A stretch of 64,000 nucleotides of DNA from Nitrospirales bacterium (GTDB lineage Bacteria; Nitrospirota; Nitrospiria; Nitrospirales; UBA8639): the NCBI GenBank assembly GCA_965203295.1, contig CBDBCZ010000018.1, positions 1,600,001 to 1,664,000 of the forward strand, given 5' to 3'. This document shows, piece after piece, positions 35,960-48,300 of this stretch; position 1 is the stretch's first letter, and the number at the start of each line of letters is the position of its first letter. Under the pieces are notes generated by a model. It ran no database searches. It saw nothing but the letters and a program-made list of their open reading frames with translations, and was not told the origin of the DNA. The position numbers were made by a program, and so were the translations under genes.

Positions 35960-38947
35960 TTACTTGTTTCACAAACAGTAGAGGACAATTCTTTGTCACG
36001 TTTGATCACCCTTTCGGCTGTCTTCATCTGCGATTTAGATACAAGCCAGTCACCGATGTAAGCACCTCTCTGTCACACCGCCACCAGCTGCAACAATTGA
36101 TCCCGCAGTGGTGAGGCCTAGGCTTGCACCAAACGTTACGAAGCTCAACCCAAAGCCAATGATGGCCATGGTACTACCCGCAACAGCAGCAGATGCACCA
36201 CTTACTTTTGCTATGGTGCGATATGGTAACTTTCTTCAATTGTCTTTTGAATATCTCTCAGGGTGGCGAGAGTTCCTGCTCGGCTATCCTCCCATTTGGC
36301 AATGTCTTTTGATAGTTTCTCTGCTATTTTAGTAGCACTATGAAACCTATCGTCCTTTATTAGATCAGACATGGCCACTACTAAACTTTATAGCCGTAGC
36401 TTATATATTTTTAGCCTGACTTGCATGCAAACTGGTCGATTTATAGGGCCTAGTAAATCACAATTTGCTTTGCCACAAGAGCCAGTGCGCCTTTTATTAC
36501 ACAGCTACTACATTATGTATATAAGATGACTACAATTGACAATGAATTTTACAAAGACAAAGGGTGAATAAAGTAATTTTATTGCCACTGATGTCATGTC
36601 TGTTGTGCTATTTATAGAACACATCATCACTCTGAGACAAGGAAACTGTGTTTTCTCAGGAGTAAACTTAAGTGTTAGGCTGTTAGCTGTTCTAATTTCT
36701 TACCCTGATGCTGTTGGTGTTACCACCCCCTCTCATGAGCTCCATGGATTCACTTGTTAGGCTACTAGTATAATAACTACGCTAAGTCCAGCCAAGTGAG
36801 ACTAGGGAAATCATATGAATAGGGTGTCTGATATCTGTGCATTCATTTAGCCCTAACCCGTACTAGTTCACCCCATTTTAATCCCATAACCAGTACCCCT
36901 AACCATATTTAAATGTTGCAAGCAGAATGGATTCCAATGCCATCTACATTCTATTTCATGTGTATACCTTTACTTCAGTTGGTGTTCTCTTAATAATAGA
37001 TTCCTGTTGGGGTTAGGTGAACAGGTAAAGTTGAGATGATGTTAAAGCAGCTACTAATGGAGAATAAAGAATAAGAAAGCTCATGTGGGAGTGACAGTGA
37101 AAGTGTAGTGCACTGTATGACTTCATTCATAACAGTAACAATGCCACCACTCAATCTCGTGTCTGAGTCTGTTGTTTTTCTACCTCAGGCAGACTCTACA
37201 TCAAGTTGAGTCTGCATGAGGTAGAAAACTAGATCCACAAACCACCAAGTCCATATTCACATGAAGTTGTGTTTAAGAGTGTTTAAGAAGAGGCTTTCCT
37301 CTATGCTGAAGCAGTTTTTTGAGGGGCGTGTACTTACGTAAGAGGTTGGGCTTGTTAGCTGTGGTATATTTAAAAGGTTAAAAAGTATATTTCTGACAAA
37401 TGCCAGTAAAGGAAGTCCCAAGCTAGAGCTAAATCTTGACTGGTCAAGATGATGCATGGATACCGATTGCCGTGAAGAATCCAGGGTGCTTGCTACCCTT
37501 AATGATAGTGGCCTAAACCACAAAAGGTTAATCGTTCACAAGGTTACTATAAAGGATGACCTCATGGGGTAGCTCACAAATAATAGCTTCATAAATTTGC
37601 AGTACGAACACATGACAGCTATACGGACTTCCCTTTTGTCAGTCGTGCACTGTTGCTGTTCACATGTCAAACCCGTGATAAAACCCGCTGTTGCTGCAAA
37701 GCCCTGTATGATTACATTCAGACTGTTAGATAGTGAATGAAATTAGCAGTTTCACAGCCACTGATGCCATGGCTATTGTGCTGTTTAAAAGAACACATTG
37801 GTCACTCTGAGATGAAGAAACTTTGTGGAGCATTCTCAAGAAACAACGGAAGTGTTAGTATAGTTGCTTTAGCTAGTCTAAGACACCAAATAGGAGATGA
37901 AACCATATATTTGATTCTCAGTTAATTCATTCATACAAGTCATGTATTTCTTGGTTATATCTATATAGGTGTTTTCTGTTTTCTATTTTCACTTGAAGCC
38001 GACGATCATGCAAAACATCCAGGAACAGCGAATGCAATACGTATAATTATCCATCTTGCCACTGTACTGATGTATTGACAGGTATAGATTATTTAATTAT
38101 TAATTACCTTCTGTACATGGCTAACCATTCAGTTACAATAACTAGTACCTTGCATGTAGTACGTACCTGTACCTGTAACTGCCTCTTTAGATATGTACTT
38201 TGAACTTTTGAATTATGAAAAGTCATTTTACGTAAATGATGAGAAATCCTGTATATATCTCTTCCCTGACATGACTTACATTTTAATTAACAGGCAAGTC
38301 ATACGGAGCTAATTGAGTTACACGAGAGAAAATGGCAATACAATCCCTACTCCCTACTTACAAGAACATGAACCCACTACATGTTTTAGAAGAGCAGCCA
38401 AACTAGCTAAATGGATTCCAATATTCCAAAGAAGAGGTCTACTTTTAATTTTATAATTTGTTCTGCAGTAGATTCCTGTGGAAGGAGGGAGGGGGTAGGT
38501 GATCAGATACAGTAAACTTTAGAGCAGCTACTAATACTCTGAAGAAGAATGAGGCAAAATAGATACTCTGTCTTTCTTGTGTTGCAGTCCAGTTGATCCA
38601 GTACCCTATGTGAAAGCCTCTCATTAATCATCGTAAAATGCTAACCGTAGTACTTTGTGTCTTATTTTTGCTAGTGTCAATGTGATGCTATACTTAAACT
38701 GTAGTGGCTACCATTACTGTATATACTAACTGAAACTGCACAGCAAATTGTGCAAAGGTGTGATATGGATTCGCCCTTAGAATTGTTTTTCAGAGCACCA
38801 CAATGGGTTAGTTATGAATAGAGTATGTCATAAGATTACAAGTTCAGCAGCTTCCTGTGGGGTAGAGCTATACCTTCCATCTGTACAATCAAAATATCTC
38901 TACAGCAAAAGCTGTAGAAAGAACACACCTCCTGTGAATTGTTCTTA

Positions 38948-39234
38948 AGGATAAACCTATCGCCTCGGGTAAACCGTCTAGCGGAGTATATCTGCGTTTA
39001 TACTCCTCGTAGACGTGGTATATCCGGCTTATACAACATTTGACCAATCAGTGGAATAGGTACCTAGAAACGCTGGGCTAGCATTCCCAGAGGCAGCAGT
39101 TATTTACGATGTCATAATACATGAAAACATAAAAGTAGTATAATAAAACATGAAAACATAAACGTGTCATATGATCCTTTATACTCCGCTTCTGCTCCAA
39201 TCAAACACCTTGGATGTGATGTAATGTGGTATAA
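38948..39234 (+). mobile_element. Crypton-V-like non-autonomous element (degenerate 5' hairpin, asymmetric inverted repeat)
   Basis: Hairpin cgtcta..ggagtata/tatactcc..tagacg; internal ttatacaacatt (39029) is complementary (1 mismatch) to terminal aatgtggtataa (39223-39234). Confidence 0.55.
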
Positions 39235-39255
39235 AGCACAAATATACTGGCATGA

Positions 39256-39446
39256 TCTAGGTATAGCTTAGAGCTTGGGCGGCTATGTTCTAACTAGGCC
39301 GAGGCGAAGCCGAGGTCTAGTTAAAACATAAAGCTGCCCATGCTCTGAGCCATTTAGTATATGCACATCTTCAGCTTCTTATGCTCTATGGGATTCTTAC
39401 TATACTCTATAAATTATTCCATACACTTGTTACTATAGAAACATGA
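39256..39446 (+). mobile_element. Hairpin element (GCGAAGC loop) present only in array unit 1
   Basis: Arms 39266-39350 with centre CC-GA-GGC-GAA-GCC-GA-GG. Other units read ggcatga|actagtg with no insert (43638, 49065). Confidence 0.7.
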
Positions 39447-39762
39447 ACTAGTGAAAGCATTAGTCTACAATTCCAGGAAAAGGAAAACTGACTGTGTAAG
39501 TAATGAAAATTATAGCTTATGATCTCGTGGGGTGATTCACACCATAATATGCCATATCATAGTCATGCCACCAGGACTGCATGAAATTTTTAGTGCACGA
39601 GTGTGCCAGGAATTCTATACAGTCTGCAGGTAGCCCTAATTAAAATAATAATCTAATCATAATGAAGTTGTTGTAATATACGTATGACTAAAATTTCATG
39701 TAGTAGTAATGTCTGAAAACTTTGAGCTTGTAAAATATGTTATAGGTCTACTTGTATTTTGA

Positions 39763-40083
39763 AGAGGGCAAGTTGTAAAAGCACTCTTGATCTATGGTGG
39801 ATACAAAGTAATTGATTCAGGTATCAAGGTCGGCATACAAGCAGGCAAATTTGCTGCAACAGCTTGAATCACTCGAACTTGTCTGAACATAGTAGTCCAT
39901 AGCCTTAGCAATGCTGGTGTCGTCTTTGATGCTTTTGCTGTTCCATTCGATCGCTTAGTTCTAGTAAAAGCTGCATATGACATCCACAAGTATTTTTACA
40001 GGTGAGGAATCACTACAAAGTGATCAGTTGGAGAGGCTGATCAAGGATTCTAATAAGGAAAACAAGAGCTTCAGTTGAAGTAA
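39763..40083 (+). pseudogene. Degenerate ApoL last exon (copies also 43951-44270, 49563-49883, partial 49387-49460)
   Basis: GYKVIDSGIKVGIQAGKFAATA*..LSNAGVVFDAFAVPFDRLVLVKAAYDIHKY aligns with the 34376 exon on the opposite strand. Confidence 0.85.
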
Positions 40084-40448
40084 GCATTTAAATCTGCAGA
40101 TAGTAATGTGATTTTTATACATGTGCGTATACATCAAAGTTGTATCGATACTGTCATATGTATTTGATTCTACTTTTAATGTGTGAATACGTGTAAATAT
40201 GCTACTATGGGTTGTTTACACTTAACTTAGTTGCATCATTTTATCAATGTTTTAATGAGCTTATTGAGTAATTTTGCTACTGGTACGTACGTTTGACTTC
40301 CTATTCAGAAATCTCACACTAATAAAGTACTATACAGACAAATATTTCAATACTGTATAGAGGCACTGAATATTAATTGCTGTCCATTTTATCCCAGCAC
40401 TATTGGCACATTTGAAAATTATTATCCATCTTGCAACTGTATTTTAGG

Positions 40449-40540
40449 TAGTCTTGTTCCCAAGCCTTCAACTAGCTTCTTTTTTTTGCAGTCCATTTTT
40501 TTGCACTGCAAAGCTGAATGAAAGCCTGGGACTGAGGCTC
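40449..40540. mobile_element. Academ-type MITE with 9-bp TSD (copy at 44636-44728)
   Basis: tattttagg|tagtcttgttcccaagcc ... gcctgggactgaggctc|cattttagg. Confidence 0.7.
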
Positions 40541-40754
40541 CATTTTAGGGTCATTAATTAATGGGTGTTTAGCAGAACTAAATCCTGAGAGGCAAAAGTT
40601 GCCTTTCTACGAACAAACTCCATAGTAATATGCTACATTAACACAAAGTGTACATGGTATGCTTTTAGTAAGATTAGTGAACAGTGAAAAGTAAAGGCAA
40701 ATACTGTATAAGAGGTTTGCACATGTAATATGCTTCAGGTTATATATTCTGTGG

Positions 40755-41550
40755 ATACTTATGGGCATGGCTTGTGGTTTAAGTAAAAGGAACTTGGGTT
40801 AGGGATAGGATGTGGAGAGGTATTAAGAATATGTATTACATCACACAGAGTGCTGTATTATACTAGAGGGGGGGAATTCAAACCATTTAGTATATAGGAC
40901 AGGGAGTAGCACAGGGTTGTATTACATACGTATGTCGCCTATCCTTTTTTTCCAATGAGTTGTTAGTAGGGGTTGAGGACAGGGAGTAGCACAGGGTTGT
41001 ATTACATACGTATGTCGCCTATCCTTTTTTTCCAATGAGTTGTTAGTAGGGGTTGAGAAGGCTGGGATTGGCATTATAAATGGAGGTTGAAAATCTAACG
41101 TAAGAAAAGAGTGCTGTTATGGTATTTCCTAAAGAGGTTAATACAGGTGCATGTACATGGAGGTGGGTGATAAAGACATTCCAGACGTTGTAAGTTACTG
41201 TTACTTAAGCACAGATAATAGTTCATGGGATAATCATGTGCAGAAGGCAATTAATAGTGGAGAGAAAAACTTAATCAATTACATAGGTTTTTAGGTAATA
41301 GGATTATCAGTACAGTTGCAGGAAGGATAATTATTGTTAGTTTCAATACTTCACCCTACTTTAGAATAATTATGGTAGTGAGGTGTGTGCTTGTAATAAA
41401 CGATAAACAGCTTTCTTAGAATTTATACAGCTAAGAGCAGCTAGAAAAATACTTGGCTGCTCTTCCAAAATGTGTAATGAAGCAGAAAGGGGGGATATGG
41501 GGTTAAAATCTTTAAATGCAGGAGGGATAGGTCAATAATTTAGATGATGA
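40755..41550 (+). mobile_element. LINE RT fragment (copy 44940-45900) with an internal ~80-bp tandem duplication
   Basis: MWRGIKNMY..QGVAQGC..SPILF..EKAGIG; in the second copy GSLIFVD and FCNKWRLK are also present. Confidence 0.75.
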
Positions 41551-41557
41551 GAGATAT

Positions 41558-42275
41558 GTATAGGTTATACGACGAGGGGGAGGTAGTTACTCGATTTATT
41601 CACCGAGTGCCGAAGGCACGAGGTGTATAAATCGCGTAACTACCAACCCCGAGGCGTATAACCGACTTGTACCATGGGCATAGCAACACTGTTCCGTAGC
41701 AACGCACTGCGTTACTATAAAAGTGTCAGTAGCTACGAAGCTTAGCGACAGTGGATTCTGCTGCAAATGTATACCGACAACTGCGGTTTGCCTACTGCCT
41801 TCAACCAGTTCCGCCGTTCTCGCTATTCTCAGTGAGTACCAGCATCAACTTCGTCCTATAACGGTTGTACCTAGCTATCGTTTCAACGAGAAGATACTCA
41901 CCCGTGACCAACGGCGCTCCAGCGCTGCTTAGTCTCGTAGCGTTGCTAGTGTTGTACTCGTCTTAGCTCCGCCCTACGCTCCACCTACCAAATTGTTCGT
42001 TCGGACCCCACTCTTACGTCATTTGTGCATAAGTATTATGTGTCGTACTCTTGATTGTAAGTCATGCACGCTTGCTGCCTCATTTATGTCTGCATTATCA
42101 TTATAATAATATGACTTCCACATTATACTGCTGGTCTATATTAAACAACATGAAAATAGCAGCCTTAAGTCATACCCTCAGGGCCAGGTGAATAAGAACC
42201 CAGACAGGTGAATAAGTGATTTATTGACCTGTGAGCAGTGAATGTGATTGGTCTGTTTAAACAACCATGGTACAA
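41558..42275 (+). mobile_element. 718-bp Crypton-V-like element: 5' hairpin, asymmetric 11-bp inverted repeat, no TSD
   Basis: Empty sites at ~45906 and ~47707 read gagatat|cctag. Hairpin 41563-41663; ttgtaccatgg (41667) is the reverse complement of terminal ccatggtacaa (42265-42275). Confidence 0.85.
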
Positions 42276-45225
42276 CCTAGATTACTAGACAGTGAGTGAG
42301 AAGTAAAACCATATAGAGAGAGGTAGGGATAGGAAGACCTGGGGTTAATTAGAAAGAGCTGCTACTATGCTCTGAGGTAAAAAAGTGTTATATGTCGCAG
42401 TGATAGTTAGAGTGCAATGCCCTGTATGACTACTTATAACATTATCACCAATCTCGTGGTTGTTTTGCACTAGACTAGCCCATTACTTCTGAGCCAATGA
42501 AACTACAACACTTTCTGAGATAATATGTTTTGCCCCCCCCCCCCCCTTGAGTTGCAGTCCAAATAATCCAGTACCCTATGTGAAAGCCTCTCATTAAACG
42601 TCGTAAAGTGCTAACTGTAGTGCTTTGGTGTCTATAATTATAGCTTATTTGAGTCAACTGCACTCCCAAGTGTACAGGTTATGGGTGAGCAGAGACATGA
42701 GTGAGCATAGAATATGATATGGATGAGTAGAGGAATAAGTGTATATTAATTGTTATGTACAACCTCAGGACAATGCAAACCTTGTGAATGTGCTGTAGTC
42801 TTTGGCTGTAGTGTGTCTCCTCTGAGCTATACATTCCTACGAACACACTTTACATGACCCTGTAGCTACTTGCTAGTGTCCATGTGTATACTAATTGAAA
42901 CTGCACAGCAAATGGTGCAAATGTGTGATATGGATTAACTCAGAACACCACAATGTGCTCTTGGTTGAACAGTTTTCAAAATAACTTTTCAAAAAAACTT
43001 TCGAAGAATCCATGCTGGTATGTGGGAACGGAATTGGAGCAGCAACATCAGCTGATGGAGAGAGAAGCTCCTATTCTTGTGTGGTAGCTGCCCCAACTAC
43101 ATTAATTAAATGATGCAGCATATTCGTGAGTCCCCCTACATGAGGTTATAGGCAACACCTCTTTAATTGTGGAGTAGCTGACAATCAGAGAACATTATTG
43201 AATGGTTGTGGTTGTGCACTTTCAATTTTCAAGAGTTCAGCTAGTCCGGCTACAGTAACCTGAAGTGCAAACAACAATTCAGAAGGAAGCAGAAAGGTCC
43301 AAACACAGTCAAGAAGATCACAATTTACAGTGAATTATTAAACCGGCGGGAAAAGCCGCAACTTCAACAGATGGTTATTAACTTTTTCTCAGCATTGTTG
43401 TATGAATTTGCTTGTCAGTTCTGTAGTTGTATTGATTACAATTAGCTTCTCATTAGGCTCTGTAATCTACTAGCTGTCTGTTATGTCACTATGATTTTTC
43501 AACTAAGTCCTGAGCTAAAACCATTTTCCAAGGAAGTACAAACTATGGTTTGAAAATTTGACAGTGATAAATCCACACAACTTATACTACTTTTCTATAT
43601 TAGCTTACTTGCTCTATTTGTATAGCACAAATATACTGGCATGAACTAGTGAAAGCATTAGTATACCATTCCAGGAAAAGGAAAACTGACAGTGTAAGTA
43701 ATGAAAATTATTGCTTATGATCTCATGTGGGATGACTCACACCATATGCCAAATCATAGTCACACCACCAGGACTACATGAAATTTTAAGTGCACGAGTG
43801 TGCCAGGAATTCTATACAGTCTGCAGGTAGCCCTAATTAAAATAATAATCTAATTATAATGAAGTTGTTGTATGACTAAAATTTCATGTAGTAGTAATGT
43901 CTGAAAACTGTGAGTTTGTAAAATATGTTATAGGTCTACTTGTATTTTGAAGAGGGCAAGTTGTAAAAGCACTCTTGATCTATGGTGGATACAAAGTAAT
44001 TGATTCAGGTATCAAGGTCGGCATACAAGCAGGCAAATTTGCTGCAACAGCTTGAATCACTCCAACTTGTCTGAACATAGTAGTCCATAGCCTTAGCAAT
44101 GCTGGTGTCGTCTTTGATGCTTTTGCTGTTCCATTCGATCGCTTAGTTCTAGTAAAAGCTGCATATGACATCCACAAGTATTTTTACGGGTGGGGAATCA
44201 CTACAAAGTGATCAGTTGGAGAGGCTGATCAAGGATTCTAATAAGGAAAACAAGAGCTTCAGTTGAGTAAGCATTTAAATCTGCAGATAGTGATGTGATT
44301 TTTATACATGTGCGTATGCATCAAAGTTGTATCGATACTGTCGTATGTATTTGATTCTACTTTTAATGTGTGAATACGTGTAAATATGCTACTATGGGTT
44401 GTTTACACTTAACTTAGTTGCATCATTTTATCAATGTTTTAATGAGCTTATTGAGTAATTTTGCTACTGGTACGTACGTTTGACTTCCTATTCAGAAATC
44501 TCACACTAATAAAGTACTATGCAGACAAATATTTCAATACTGTATAGAGGCACTGAATATTAATTGCTGTCCATTTTATCCCAGCACTATTGGCACATTT
44601 GAAAATTATTATCCATCTTGCCACTGTATTTTAGGTAATCTCGTTCCCAAGCCTTCAACTAGCTTCTTTTTTTTTGCAGTCCATTTTTTTGCACTGCAAA
44701 GCTGAATGAAAGCCTGGGACTGAGGCTCCATTTTAGGGTCATTAATTAATGGGTGTTTAGTAGAACTAAATCCTGAGAGGCAAGTTGCCTTTCTACGAAC
44801 AATTCCATAGTAATATGCTACATTAACACAAAGTGTACATGGTATGCTTTTAGTAAGATTAGTGAACAGTGAAAAGTAAAGGCAAATACTGTATAAGAGG
44901 TTTGCGCATGTAATATGCTTCAGGTTATATATTCTGTGGATACTTATGGGCAAGGCTTGTGGTTTAAATAAAAGGAACTTGGGTTAGGGATAGGATGTGG
45001 AGAGTTATTAAGAATATGTATTACATCACACAGAGTGCTGTTTTATACTAGAGGGGGGAAATTCAAACCATTTAGTATATAGGACAGGGAGTAGCACAGG
45101 GTTGTATTACATACGTATGTCGCCTATCCTTTTTTTCCAATGAGTTGTTAGTAGGGGTTGAGGACAGGGAGTAGCACAGGGTTGTATTACATACGTATGT
45201 CGCCTATCCTTTTTTTCCAATGAGT

Positions 45226-45378
45226 TGTTAGTAGGGGTTGAGAAGGCTGGGATTGGCATTATTATTAAGAAAGATGTTAAGGTTGGCAGTCTAATCTTTG
45301 TTGATATGATTAGACTGCCAACCTTAACATCTTTTCTAATAATAATGCCAATCCCAGCCTTCTCAACCCCAACTAACA
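45226..45378. repeat. Near-perfect ~70-bp-arm inverted repeat inside the LINE RT fragment
   Basis: ..ggttggcagtctaatc-tttgttgatat-gattagactgccaacc.. Confidence 0.95.
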
Positions 45379-48300
45379 GCTATGGACTTACAAAAGTTGT
45401 TTAGTGTAGTACAGGAGTTTTGTAATAAATGGAGGTTGAAAATCTAACGTAAGAAAAGAGTGCTGTTATGGTATTTTCTAAAGAGGTTAATACAGGTGCA
45501 TGTACATGGAAGTGGGTGATAAAGACATTCCAGAGGTTGTAAGTTACTGTTACTTAAGCACAGATAATAGTTCATGGGATAATCATGTGCAGAAGGCAAT
45601 TAATAGTGGAGAGAAAAACTTAATCAATTACATAGGTTTTTAGGTAATAGGATTATCAGTACAGTTGCAGGAAGGATAATTATTGTTAGTTTCAATACTT
45701 CACCCTACTTTAGAATAATTATGGTAGTGAGGTGTGTGCTTGTAATAAACGATAAACAGCTTTCTTAGAATTTATACAGCTAAGAGCAGCTAGAAAAATA
45801 CTTGGCTGCTCTTCCAAAATGTGTAATGAAGCAGAAAGGGGGGATATGGGGTTAAAATCTTTAAATGCAGGAGTGATAGGTCAATAATTTAGATGACGAG
45901 AGATATCCTAGATTACTAGACAGTGATTGAGAAGTAAAACCATATAGAGAGAGGTAGGGATAGGAAGACCTGGGGTTAATTAGAAAGAGCTGCTACTATG
46001 CTCTGAGGTAAAAAAGTGTTATATGTCGCAGTGATAGTGAGAGTGCAATGCCCTGTATGACTACTTATAACATTATCACCAATCTCGTGGTTGTTTTGCA
46101 CTAGACTAGCCCATTACTTCTGAGCCAATGAAACTACAACACTTTCTGAGATAATATGTTTTGCCCCCCCCCCCCCCTTGAGTTGCAGTCCAAATAATCC
46201 AGTACCCTATGTGAAAGCCTCTCATTAAACGTCGTAAAGTGCTAACTGTAGTGCTTTGGTGTCTATAATTATAGCTTATTTGAGTCAACTGCACTCCCAA
46301 GTGTACAGGTTATGGGTGAGCAGAGACGTGAGTGAGCATAGAATATGATATGGATGAGTAGAGGAATAAGTGTATATTAATTGTTATGTACAACCTCAGG
46401 ACAATGCAAACCTTGTGAATGTGCTGTAGTCTTTGGCTGTAGTGTGTCTCCTCTGAGCTATACATTCCTACGAACACACTTTACATGACCCTGTAGCTAC
46501 TTGCTAGTGTCCATGTGTATACTAATTGAAACTGCACAGCAAATGGTGCAAATGTGTGATATGGATTAACTCAGAACACCACAATGTGCTCTTGGTTGAA
46601 CAGTTTTCAAAATAACTTTTCAAAAAACTTTCGAAGAATCCATGCTGGTATGTGGGAACGGAATTGGAGCAGCAACATCAGCTGATGGAGAGAGAAGCTC
46701 CTATTCTTGTGTGGTAGCTGCCCCAACTACATTAATTAAATGATGCAGCATATTTGTGAGTCCCCCTACATGAGGTTATAGGCAACACCTCTTTAATTGT
46801 GGAGTAGCTGACAATCAGAGAACATTATTGAATGGTGGTGGTTGTGCACTTTCAATTTTCAAGAGTTCAGCTAGTCCGGCTACAGTAACCTGAAGTGCAA
46901 ACAACAATTCAGAAGGAAGCAGAAAGGTCCAAACACAGTCAAGAAGATCACAATTTACAGTGAATTATTGAACCGGCGGGAAAAGCCGCAACTTCAACAG
47001 ACGGTTATTAACTCTTTCTCAGCATTGTAGTTTGAATTTGCTTTTGTGTCAGTTCTGTAGTTGTATTGATTACAATTAGCTTCTCTTTAGGCTCTGTAAT
47101 CTACTAGCTGTCTGTTATGTCACTATAATTTTTCAACTAAGTCCTGAGCTAAAACCATTTTCCAAGGAAGTACAAACTACGGTTTGAAAATTTGACCGTG
47201 ATAAACCCACACAACTTATACTACTTTTCTATATTCGCTTACTTGCTCTATTTGTATAGCACAAATATACTGGTGTGAACAAGTGAAAGCATTAGTCTAC
47301 CATTCCAGGAAAAGGAAAACTGACAGTGTAAGTAATGAAAATTATTGCTTATGATCTCATGTGGGATGACTCACACCATATGCCAAATCATAGTCACGCC
47401 ACCGGGACTGCATGAAATTTTTAGTGCACGAGTGTGCCAGAAATTCTATACAGTCTGCAGGTAGCCCTAATTAAAATAATAATCTAATCATAATGAAGTT
47501 GTTGTAATATAATAGAATAATTATGGTAGTGAGGTGTGTGCATGTAATAAACGATAAACAGCTTTCTTAGAATTTATTCAGCTAAAAGCAGCTAAAAAAT
47601 ACTTGGCTGCTCTTCCAAAATGTGTAATGAAGCAGAAAGGGGGGATATGGGGTTAAAATCTTTAAATGCAGGAGTGATAGGTCAATAATTTAGATGATGA
47701 GAGATATCCTAGATTACTAGACAGTGAGTGAGAAGTAAAACCATATAGAGAGAGGTAGGGATAGGAAGACCTGGGGTTAATTAGAAAGAGCTACTACTAT
47801 GCTCTGAGGTAAAAAAGTGTTATATGTCGCAGTGATAGTGAGAGTGCAATGCCCTGTATGACTACTTATAACATTATCACCAATCTCGTGGTTGTTTTGC
47901 ACTAGACTAGCCCATTACTTCTGAGCCAATGAAACTACAACACTTTCTGAGATAATATGTTTTGCCCCCCCCCCCCCCTTGAGTTGCAGTCCAAATAATC
48001 CAGTACCCTATGTGAAAGCCTCTCATTAAACGTCGTAAAGTGCTAACTGTAGTGCTTTGGTGTCTATAATTATAGCTTATTTGAGTCAACTGCACTCCCA
48101 AGTGTACAGGTTATGGGTGAGCAGAGACGTGAGTGAGCATAGAATATGATATGGATGAGTAGAGGAATAAGTTGTTTATTAATTGTTATGTACAACCTCA
48201 GGACAATGCAAACCTTGTGAATGTGCTGTAGTCTTTGGCTGTAGTGTGTCTCCTCTGAGCTATACATTCCTACGAACACACTTTACATGACCCTGTAGCT

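Larger units (their letters stand above)
34020..36372 (-). pseudogene. Apolipoprotein L family pseudogene
   Basis: Exon 36372-35964 (MSDLIK..IAKVSGASAAVAGSTMAIIGFGLSFVTFGASLGLTTAGSIVAAGGGVT; frameshifts) ends at a gtaagg donor. Last exon from 34376 (..RTVAGGLSVAGVVFDAVAVPLDLFVIVKGAYDI) has in-frame stops at ~34114 and ~34055. Confidence 0.85.

Noticed and set aside
37737..38440. Possible exons (ORF 37737 and block 38293-38436)
   Set aside because: No recognisable homology or consistent reading frame.
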